A stretch of 64,000 nucleotides of DNA, from NCBI RefSeq assembly GCF_036321535.1, contig NC_087436.1:73472001-73536000 (forward strand), given 5' to 3'. A model generated the notes under the pieces. The model was not told the DNA's origin, searched no databases, and was given only the letters and a program-made list of their open reading frames with translations. The position numbers were made by a program, and so were the translations under genes. The stretch's first letter is position 1. Every line of letters begins with the position of its first letter. Shown one piece after another: positions 14,249 through 24,654 of this stretch. This DNA is from Camelus dromedarius (Eukaryota).

Positions 14249-14450
14249 CTCCAACCAACAGCGGCGGCGGGTACGTCGCGCGGAGGTCAGCGGGAGAGTC
14301 GCCGAGGACCGGCTGCAGCGGGTTCTTCTCGCTTGCCACCCCCTCCCTCCGACAAACCTAAAACCTCGGAAGCCAGAGAGCCGCGAGAGCTCGTTCCCCT
14401 TACAACCACCTCTTCCCTGGCGCCAGGCACTGCGGCGAGCGACAAGGAAC
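14249..14450 (-). other. G3BP2: G3BP2 non-coding first exon, variant A (5' end approximate)
   Basis: Minus strand ...cgcgacgtacccgccgccgctgttggttggAG|gtgtgt is a donor inside the CpG island and resembles the G3BP2 leader as I recall it. The TSS cannot be determined from sequence. Confidence 0.55.
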
Positions 14451-15735
14451 ACGGACGTCCCGCCCCCTTTGCCGCCGCCCCCTCTTATTGTTTTACCCCT
14501 GCCGAAAGGGCTGGGGAACCCCCCAGCACAGCTTCAGCCAATCACGCATCTCCTCCGCGAGCCGGACCCAACCTTCTCGCGTCCCTCTGCGGAGCACGCG
14601 CAGAACGCCGCCGCGCACACGTCCTCTCGCCGCCCGGAAAGCCGGGGAACCGGAACCGGCCTGGAGCCGGGGCGAGAGTCCGCTGATTTGACGTCACAAG
14701 GAGGCTGCCTTTCTCCGGCCCCGAGGTTCTCTCGCCGGCCTTCGAGATCGCGCCCCAGCAGGAACAGGGTTGCTGCAGCGCTGTGCCTACTGCGCTGTCG
14801 TGTGGAGACCGATATTTCTGCTCCCCTTTGATTATTAATGTGAAGAGGGAGGGAGTTTAGTGATTTTTCTCTCTGAGCTACGTACCTGCAGGTTGCTGCT
14901 CTACACATGAATGCATAAAATGCAGCCAGTGGTTTCGGCTGATTGCACCCTAAACTCTGCCTAGGAAACGGAGGTTTTTAAGCTCCACCGAGGTTAAATC
15001 ATACAAACAAGCTCAACGCAATATATATTACGGGAATTACTGGGTCCTAAGTACTGGGAAGTAGAGAAAAATACAACGTGGCCTTCGCAGGGAAAGAAAA
15101 AAGTCTTTCTTTGTGTGCTCGTTCAGTGTTTAGGTGTTGCTAAATACAAACTAAGCATTCTACATACTAAGGCAGCGAAAAGTCTAAAATCCCAGGAGAT
15201 ACCAGGATTACAGCCCTGTCCTAGATCTAGGACTTGGCCCCGGGGGCGTAGCTGGGAAAACACTAGACACTGACTCGCATGACCTTGATTCATGGAAAAA
15301 GCCAAATCTTACAGTCAAGGGAGCCACTTTGCACCTTAGTTCTGGCAATGTTTCTTTGAGACTGTCAAGACAGCTGAGAAATTTTGCAAGGAAGGGCTGA
15401 GGAAATTGGTGAAAGAAATGAAAGGCAGGGAACACATTTATTAAATGCCCATATACCAAACAAAATGCGGGCATATACGTTTCACCAGTTTTCTTCACAA
15501 TCCTATTAGAGTAATTTCAAGGTTTTTTTCACATGTGAAAACTGAGGTTTATAGGGCCATGCCAACATCTGAACCTCCAAAATCTACACTGCTTTCACCT
15601 TAGGTTGCTTAATATTTTGTTATGTCCAAAATATCTGGGCAGACTCACTTTTATGAAGTGAACTTTAACACGTTTTTCCTTAAAGCATCATAGTATGTTA
15701 CATGCAGATCGCCCTTCAAATCTCATACTTATGTA

Positions 15736-15789
15736 CTGACCACTCTTCTACTTTGTTTAATGCTGACCACTCTTCTACTTTGTTTAATG
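15736..15789. repeat. Perfect 27-bp tandem duplication
   Basis: ctgaccactcttctactttgtttaatg x2. Confidence 0.95.
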
Positions 15790-15960
15790 CTCACAATAAC
15801 CCTATAAAGTTGTCACTATTTTTATGCCCATTTTACACCTGAGGAAACTGAGGCTTAGAGAGATCAGGTAACTTGCCCAAGGTCACACAGCTACTATTCT
15901 GGTGGAGTTGGGATTCAAACACAAGTGGTCTGCCTTCACACTCCATGCCCTTAACCACAA
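15790..15960 (-). mobile_element. MIR SINE
   Basis: MIR core cccattttaca..gaggaaactgaggcttagagag..taacttgcccaaggtcacacagcta..gggattcaaac. Confidence 0.85.
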
Positions 15961-16097
15961 GCTATAGAATGCTCTCATTGTATTAATTGCCATAACTCAT
16001 TTATCTCTTCGGTTGAGTGACACTTATACAGTTTTCAGTTTGAAACTCTTATGCAACACACTGTTACTCCTCACCAGGTGCAAAAATTCCTCTAGAG

Positions 16098-16292
16098 TGG
16101 CAATTCTCAGAAATTAATATGCATCAGAATCACCTGGAGAGCTTGTTAAAACACAGATTGCTGGGCCCAGTTCCCAGAGTTTCTAATCCAGCAAGCCTGT
16201 TTGAGGCCCAAGAATCTGCATTTCTAACAAGTTCCCAGGTGATGCTGCTGCTGCTGCTGCTCTAGGAACCACATTTTTAAAACCACCGATCT
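16098..16292. mobile_element. MER5A-like hAT-Charlie DNA element containing a (CTG)n tract
   Basis: gcatcagaatcacctggagagcttgttaaaacacagattgctgggccc...gaatctgcatttctaacaagttcccaggtgatgctg. Confidence 0.85.
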
Positions 16293-16568
16293 ATACCATG
16301 GGTTGGCCAACTTACACTGTAAAGGACCAGAGTAAATCTTTTAGGTTTTGAGGGCCATAAATGGTCTCTGTTACAGTATCCTACTCAACCCATCTTTTTT
16401 AAATCCTATAAAAATGTAAAAGAAATATTCTGAGCTCTTGGGCTATGTAAAGCAGGCTTCAGGCAACTTCCACTCTAGGATATATAACAATAGGTGGAGT
16501 TATTGGGAAAAGGATCCAATTATCTTCAATTTTATTGAAAAACCCCAAACTATTTTCCTACATAGTGA

Positions 16569-16713
16569 TTTTTTAACACCTTTATTGTGATATGATTCCT
16601 GTATAGTAAACTACACATATTTCAAATGTACAATTTGATGAATTTTGATAGATGTATACACCTATGAAACCACGACCACAATCAAGATAGCTAACATTTC
16701 CGTCAGTCCCCAA
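16569..16713 (-). mobile_element. L1MB-like 3' end, copy 1
   Basis: tttattgtgatatgattc..tgtacaatttgatgaattttga..ccacaatcaagata is a typical L1M 3' terminus. Confidence 0.75.
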
Positions 16714-18202
16714 ATCCTGTGAGTGATTTTTACTTCCTAAATGTCTCTCAGGTCTGTCCCTCTGAAAGCCTCTCCACACTTAGAGCCTCTGCCCAGGTCC
16801 AGGCCCCTTTCATCTTCCCACAAGGACTAGAGGATCCTCCTAACTAATCTGCCTGCCCTTCAAAGATAGCCTCCATGAAACAACCACTCCCCAACAGACA
16901 GTAAGGCAGGAAGACCAGTACAAATGTATTCATTCAGAGGCTCAAGCCAAAGCTTTTTAAGTCAGCCTTGACTCTCTTTTTCTCACACCACACAGCAGAT
17001 CATCAGTAAAGTTCTGTTCCCACCACCTTCAACACTTATTCTGGATTAAACACTGCTCATCACTATTAGTGATATTATCGTTGTCCAGGCCACCATCACC
17101 TACTGCCACAGCCTTCTACTCCGTCTTGATGTTCCACTCTTATTTTACAATGTTCTATTCCCACAGCAACCAGATCCTTTACAAATCAGATGCCATTCTC
17201 AAAACCCTCCAAAGGCAACACAATACAATCCCAAATCCTTACGGTGGCCTACAAGTCATACCTAATTTAGTGCTTACCTATCACTTCCACTTCTTTTCTT
17301 ACCACTTTTTCTCTTAAACACCTCAGCTTTTCCTTTGACACTACACATTCCCACCCCAATGTGGGCCTTGGACGTGAACCTTTATCCAAAGTCTGTGAAA
17401 AGCCAAAGTAACCTGTATCTGCTGATTTCCTCAAGCAACAGAAATATCTCACTCAAGCACTCTAAAGGCAAGTTAGGTATGATATTTTTCTTACACAACT
17501 ACCCTTCATAGAATTTCAATTAACCTAGTACTGCTTAAATAGTCTACTAGCTTGTCTAGGCTGTATATTATATAGTTCCTAGGTTCTTTTCTAGATGTTT
17601 TTTTTTTTATAAATGGTATAACTCAAATGGTAACCAGCAGGTGGTCTGGCAGAGTGTCCAGTTAATAATAACTTATGGGATTCATGCATTCATTTGTACA
17701 TTCATTTATTCATTCAGTAGCCACCACTGAGCACCAAAGTATCAGGCAGAACACCAGGCTCAGGATGAGGCAAAAATAATTGAAACAGAGTGTCTTCAGG
17801 TAATGGGGAGTGAGAGGGAGAAAGCAAGCAAGAAAAAAAAGAGAAAAACAAAAAGGGACAGAGACAGAGAAAAAGAGGCAGAGCCAGAGAGAGACAGTAG
17901 GGAGGCAGTGACAACAGAGGGTACTGTTAAGTGATGTTCCACTAGGGATACTGATGAACAGTTTGTGCCTCTTGATAACATTCACTGAATTTTTGAATGC
18001 ATAACTTAATATCTGGCATTTCCCCTCTCATACACACACACCCTGTAAGTTCCAAAAGGGATACTCTTGTTAGCCTCTCCAACCAGCACTTGGTACCGGC
18101 CCACTGAAAGTACTCCCTAAACTGCTCCGTTCCTTGGCTAACTGACCCATGTGAGCGCACAGAGGGAAGGCACCACAGTCTCCCTCATGGGCTTCTAGTA
18201 TT

Positions 18203-18347
18203 TTTTTTAACACCTTTATTGTGGTATGATTCCCGTACAGTAAACTACATGTATTTCAAATGTACAATCTGATAAATTTTGATAGATGTATCCACCCATG
18301 AAACCACTACCACAATCAAGATAGCTAACATTTCCATCATTCCCCAA
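18203..18347 (-). mobile_element. L1MB-like 3' end, copy 2
   Basis: Near-identical to 16569-16713. Confidence 0.75.
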
Positions 18348-18755
18348 GAGATGCAATTTTCAATTTCCCAATTTATCCCTTCAAACCCCCTCATATTTTT
18401 ATGTTTTTGCCCTCCCTTCTAGAATAGTATATGATTTGCATATTTTTATTCTTTCTTGATGACTAATAATAGTTTTTAGATTGTGGATTTTCCCTGGCCT
18501 ATAGTTCAGGCCACATCCTATAGGTTTTATTCACTACTGCTGCATTCTAAATAGTTTGGAAGTATAGTATTTGTTCTTTGATTCAGTTATGGTGTAGAGA
18601 GAGTTGATTGAGATTGTCTAAGTAGTTTGGATTTTTAAATTTAAACTCTGTATTTTTACTTATTTTAGTGCTCGTAGTCTGTCAGTGGGGCACATACATT
18701 TCTGTGCTTTGTGGAATTTGTTGAGCTCTTTCTTTGAGGCCTAATTGATGTACAA

Positions 18756-18894
18756 GTTTTTGTTTTGTTTTTAATTTTTGGGGGGGGGGGCAGAGGAGGT
18801 AATTAAGTTTATTTATTTTTAGAGAAGGTACTGGGGATTGAACCCAGGACCTCGTGCTAAGCATGCACTCTGCCACTTGAGCTATATCCTCCCC
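18756..18894 (-). mobile_element. tRNA-Ala-derived SINE
   Basis: Reverse A/B boxes and T-rich tail. TSD-like gtacaagtttt on both sides. Confidence 0.88.
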
Positions 18895-19379
18895 ACCTAG
18901 AGGTACAAGTTTTGAAAGTTGTCTAGAAAACTCCAGTTTGTGAAATTATCTTCTTTTACTGTTTTTTTCTTTTTATCTTTCTAATAGTTTTTACAATACA
19001 TTTTAAACTTTTTTTATTTTGAAATAATTTCATAGGTCCTGAAAAGTTGCAAAAATAGTAAATGAATTCCCATCACCCACATTCCTCAAATGCTAGTATT
19101 TACTACATTTTTTATCACTTTCATTAATTCTCTCTCTGGCTTATCTCCCATAGGCTGTCAATTCCCTGAGGACACATTTCAATTGTTTTTGCCTCATCCT
19201 GTGCCTAGTAATGTGCTTGATACATTGACACTCAATGGTGGCTACTGAATGAACAAATCCAGTAGTTTCAAAGAAACCTGTGAGTGGTCATTGTGGATAC
19301 TCTATCAAACAACTAGTAGATTGCCATGTGCCCTCTATCCATTAAAAAGCATCTAGAAGAGGCTCTAGTTGAAACTTTT

Positions 19380-20290
19380 TTTGGACACGATGTCCCTCTA
19401 CCCCTCAACACTTCAGTGTATATTTCTTAAAAGACAAGGACATTTTATTCTATATCCACAATACAATTATCATAATCAGGAATTAACATTTATACAATAC
19501 TATATTCTATAGTAGACACTCAAATTTCATCAATTGTTCAATTAATGGATCCTTTATAGCAAAAGGAAAAAAAAAGTCTTCCAGTCCACAATACAATTCA
19601 AGATTACAAACGCATTTAGTTATCATATGTTCACCTTAGTCTTCTGTAGTCTAAAGTCATTTCTCAGTCTTTTTCTCTTTCGTGACCTTAACATTTTTAA
19701 GGAGTACAAGACAATTATTTTGAAGAATGCCCCTGAATGTGGTAACCTCTGTTGTTAACTTATATTAGAGCTAGGTTATGCATTTTTGGCAAAAATACCA
19801 GAGAAGTACTATTCTGTCCTCAATGCATCATGTGGAGACATGTGATGTCATGTGTCCTATTAATGCTGATGCTCCCATCATGTGGTTAATGCCAGGTCTG
19901 ACAGATTCTCCACTATATGATTTTCCCTTTGTAATGAATAAGTATCTTATGTGAGGCGGTACTTTGAAAGTATGTACATATCCCATTTTTCATCATACTT
20001 TCACCTGCCAGTCATAGCAGCCACTGATCATTTTTGGCCAAATCAATTTTTGTTATGGTGGCTAACAAATTGTGATTTTCCTAATTCCATCATTCTTTCT
20101 ACATTTATTAACTGCAATTCTACTATAAGGAAGATTTTTTCTCCTTTCTCATTTTTTAAAATTCTCTATCTAATCGGTGTGAACTCGTGGATTCCTATTT
20201 GACAGTCCATTACTATCAACATACATTCTCATGCTCATAGTATCCCTGATTTGACCAGTGGAAGCCCCACCAAGTTAGCTTCTGTGGGTT
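19380..20290 (-). mobile_element. L1MC-like 3' region
   Basis: cacttcagtgtatatttc..aaggacatt..caatacaattatca..ggttatgcatttttggcaaaaatacc; the same family appears in the opposite orientation at 47440-48295. Confidence 0.7.
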
Positions 20291-20746
20291 ATATATTTCA
20301 GTTGTGCATTATTTGGCACATAAAAATGAATTAATGTATCTTTTTCAAAAAGTGGAAAAGAACAAAAAGTGACAAGGGCCTAAGAGATGACAATGGCAAG
20401 TAGAAAATAGATTTTGAGAAGTATATAGGTGGCAAAAATGTGATGATTAACTAGTTACAGGGAATAAGGGAGAATTCTAGGGTAGGATGCTTTGTCTGGG
20501 TGACAGAAGAGCCACCAGTAATATTTACTGAGAAGGGGAATACAGAGCTTTGGTATTTTTCTATCCATATGCTTATATAAAATATTACACTAGCTGCTTC
20601 ATTCAATACTTTCTGATCTAATGCTACTTCAGGAAGGTGTCAGAGCCCCAGTCACTCTCCACCTCTTACCCTGCTCTACTTCTGTCAATAGCACTTATCA
20701 CTACCTGACATTGTATTTATCATTTGCTGGGTTTTTAAAAATTGTT

Positions 20747-20880
20747 GGGGGGGAGAGTATAGCTCAAGTGGTAGAGTGCATGCTTAGCATGCATGAGGTC
20801 CTGGGTTCAATCCTCAGCACCTCCTCTAAAAATGAATAAACCTAATTACCTACCCCGCCCCTCCCCCCCCAAAAACAATA
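20747..20880 (+). mobile_element. tRNA-Ala-derived SINE
   Basis: gtatagctcaagtggtagagtgcatgcttagcatgcatgaggtcctgggttcaatcc. TSD-like aaaat(t)tgttgg. Confidence 0.88.
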
Positions 20881-23084
20881 AAATTTGTTGGCCTTTCCAA
20901 TAAACTTAGTTCCATAAGGTCTCAGATTTTGTCTGTTTTGTTCAATTCCATATCTCTGCCACAAAAGAGAGATTCAAAAGCAATCAGTGAATAAATAAAT
21001 GTGTGTGTGTATGGAGGGCCGGGGGGAGGGAGTGGGAGAGATGGGATCATAATTAAACATGTTTTGCAGGGCACTACTTTTTTTCTCTTAACAGTGTAAC
21101 TTGGACATCACTTTATGTTAGTACATAGTAGGTCTTAATTTTTTTCAGTGGTTACATAGGTGAGGAATGACATTCTAAGCTTAGAGGCAATAGACTAATT
21201 TTAAAGAATATTATGAGGATATAATCAAAATAAATACAAACTATGTACTTACACATTTCTGCCACAAATTTGAATCAAGGGGCTCATAAAATTTGATTAG
21301 AAATCAGGAAGAAAACCTAATCAATAAACATGCAAAGTATGTTCCATTTATAGAAAAATGACATAGCATTAGCTAGACATATATGGAAGAGATGTTAAAT
21401 GGAAACAATGGCAAACGATAAATAAACTGGCAAACATTTTAACATGAAAACATCCAACATGCGGAAAAAAAGCTCCTATGTACACTTTTGCTGCAAGTAA
21501 ATATTAATTTATCCTTTAAAAGAAGCAATTTGGCAAGATATGTAAAAAACTTTAAAATGTTTGTATTTTTTGAGTCAATAATTCCACTTTTGGGTATTTA
21601 TCTCTCTTAAGATATGCAAAAAGAAATTCATTGTGATGTTATTTACTTATTTAAAAACTGGAGGCATCATAATTAACAAGTGATAGTGAATTGTTAAGTA
21701 AACTATGACACATATCCTTGATACACACACATTGAAAGCTGTAGATTTAAATATTGAAGAATTTTTTTTGTTACATGTTTATATTTCAGTCTGAAATCAA
21801 ACATGTTTATGAATCAATCTTAAGTTAAAATTATTCTGCTCGGTTTTCTATTTAAGTAAGAACATGTTTCATATTTCTGGCTTACTTAATGTTTCTCTGT
21901 ACTTCCTACTTTTCCATTGTCATATGTTACTTTCACAATAAAAAAAATTATTAAACAACTAAGGCATTGCCTTATTAGTGCCTGAAGGAAGGGAAGGTTT
22001 TCATTTTTCATTCCCTCAGCTGTTTCCCTTCTCTCTTGTAACATATAAATAAACATTTATATCATCTGAGTTGAAGTACAAAATTAAGCCACCAGAAGAT
22101 ATAAATGGAAAAATAAAATAAATAAAACGAATAAAGGAGAAACCAGACAAATCAGACAAAAATCTACCAATTGATGCTGATGAAGAAAAGATGCTGCCAG
22201 ACGTATCATAGGATGACTCTGGCAGTTATGTTTTTGTTTTTTTGTTTTTACGAAAAAAAAAAAGGGAAAAGAATCAGATTCAAGCACCATTAGCAGGTGA
22301 ATTTTTAAAAAGAGTAAAATTACTAGAATTATATTAACTGATTACTGATTTTTATTATAGCTTTCAGCGTAAAATACTTTTCTGACATTTTGCTTTACAA
22401 GGCTTTTCCTCTACACCCTCATTTGACTATTTTCAACCCTACTTGATCTTAAAAGATTAACCAATTCCATTACCGCCATTTTGCTGAGGAAGCGGGTAAG
22501 GGATGACTTTACATGCATGTTTAAGGGCCACACACTCTTATCTAAGTAAATTAGGACCCCAAACTATGAAGACTAGGCATTGGAAGAGGATCAGCTCCAA
22601 TTCCTTAAAGGATACTCATTTTTCTTAGAGAGTGTCTTTACTCATCACAATTTTAACCTTTCAAGACTCATAACATTTAACCTTTTGAGACATGTGTAAC
22701 ACATGTCTTAGACCTGCTACCAATTCAGTTAATAAGGATTATGCTGCCAGCAGTGGAGTCTGGGCTCTGGATTCATGCTGCCCAGATTTGCATCCCAGCC
22801 TCACCTCATCACTTATTAAACGTATTACCTGGGTATATTTCCTAGTTATATTACCTTGGGCAATGTGCTTAACTTTTCTATGCTTCAGTGTTTCTCATCT
22901 GTAAAATGGAGATGGTAATATCTACCTTATTGGAGTCCTGTGAAGATTAGATGAGTTAATAGAACTAATACATTTACAACCCTACCTGGCACATGCTCAG
23001 TAAAAATGAGCACTTAACAGGTGATTTAAAATGTTGTACTAAAAAAAAATAAAATAAAATGTTGTACTAGTTTCTGGTGTACAG

Positions 23085-23484
23085 CATGGATAGACTTGGA
23101 GGGCATTATGCTAAGTGAAATAAGTCAGACAAAGAAAGACAAATACTGTAAGATATCACTTACATGTGGAACCCCCCAAAAATACAACAAACTAGTGAAT
23201 ACAACAGAAAAGAAACAAGACTCACAGATGTAGAGAAGGAACCAGCGGGGAGAGGGAAGGAGGAGGGGCAAGATGGAGGTGGAGGATCAAGAGGTACAAG
23301 CTATCAGATATAAAATAAGCTACAAGGACGTATTGTACAATATTTTATAATAACTATAAATGGAGCATAACCTTTAGAAATTATGAATCACTATATTGTA
23401 TACTTGTAATATAATATTGTACATCAACTATACTCCAATTTAAAAATGATATTGTAAAATAAATCCATAAATAAATAAAGTTTA
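23085..23484 (+). mobile_element. 5'-truncated L1 3' end (L1MA/artiodactyl type)
   Basis: catggatagacttggagggcattatgctaagtgaaataagtcagac..gatatcacttacatgtggaa with an A-rich tail. TSD-like aaaaat(g/c)agcacttaa at 23002-23017 and 23485-23500. Confidence 0.85.
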
Positions 23485-24453
23485 AAAAATCAGCACTTAA
23501 TGTTTGGTGCTTGAAAAAGTATATGCACTAATTGCTTTCAATTGATTCCTTTTTCACAGACTGTTCACTGCTTTGCTCTGAAATAACAACTTACAGTTGT
23601 ACATGGAATTTTATAGTGTTCAAAACACTTTCAAACACATTATCTCATTTCAGTTTCACAAGCAATTCACAAAGGTAACTTGCGCAAGGCTAAAAATGGC
23701 CAATTTAGAAAGAGACCCCAGGGTCCCCTGTGGCTCATGCAGCACACCATATCCCATTGCTAACTGGTGACCCTCTTCAGCCTTGGAGTAAGCATTCCTA
23801 ATTGAAAATCTGTCACTTGGGAATTTCAGGTCTGTTTCGGTGCAAATGTCTCCTTTACAAAGTTTTTTTTTTTTTTTAATTTTACTTATTTTACTGGGAT
23901 AGCCAGATATTAAGAATACATGTTCATTTCTTTTTTTAATTATTTTTTTAAGTCAAGTATAGTCAGTTTATAATGTTGTGTACAATGCTTTTTGATGCAG
24001 AGAAACCTACTCTGGTGAGTAGGATGAACCCATTCCTTTTAGAGCAGGAGAAGAAAAAGACTATTAAGGCCTGATGAAAGAATCAAATGTTCATTTCTCC
24101 TGAAATCATTCCATCCATTATCTCTGTGAGACTTGGACAGGTTAGGATCTAAAGAGAAGTTCTTCCTCTCTATTTGGTCGTTGTGTGTGAAAATGTCACA
24201 TATCCAGAAAGGTGCATAAAACACTTGCACGGTCTGCCCATTTTGTTGTTAACTATAAAATGTAAATAAATGAACGACTGTCATAGGTGATGAATTTGAG
24301 CTATGTAGCTACTTTTCATCATATCTATCAAAGTCTTCAAGTAGAGGAGATCCTAAATGCTACCAAGCTTGAGAGAATAAAGGTTACAAATTCTGCAGTT
24401 ACTTTTTCAGAATTTAGACACAAAAATCTCCTCAAAAAATCAACACCCAAAGT

Positions 24454-24654
24454 GGAGGAGGGTATAGCTCAGTGCTAGAATATATGCTTAGCATGCACCA
24501 AGACCTGGGTTCAATCCCCAGTATCACCACTTTAAAAATCAGTCAATCAATCAACCTAATGACCACTCCACCAACACCCCCCCTCCAAAAAAAGGTGAAA
24601 AATAAATTTAAAAACCTAATGACGCACCCCCACGAAATAAAAGAGCAAACAAGA
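24454..24654 (+). mobile_element. tRNA-Ala-derived SINE with duplicated 3' module
   Basis: tRNA-like head followed by two aacctaatgac..ccccc/A-rich modules. Degenerate TSD aaaaaatcaacacccaaag / aaaaaatctatacccgaag. Confidence 0.85.

Larger units (their letters stand above)
13570..14830. promoter_or_regulatory. G3BP2: CpG island / proximal promoter of G3BP2
   Basis: Sharp GC- and CpG-rich block ~12.5 kb upstream of the coding exon. Contains CCAAT at 14538-14542, a full CRE palindrome TGACGTCA at 14689-14696 and several CCGGAA ETS cores around 14633-14656. Confidence 0.9.

Noticed and set aside
13704..14831. 375-aa plus-strand ORF and the many overlapping ORFs at 13.4-14.9 kb
   Set aside because: Pro/Arg/Ser-rich low-complexity translations in all six frames are the expected result of stop-codon scarcity in a CpG island. 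No recognisable domain.
20747..20830. tRNA-Ala(AGC)-like sequences (14 copies) as real tRNA genes
   Set aside because: They have A-rich tails, TSDs, CpG decay and broken stems, which marks them as SINEs.
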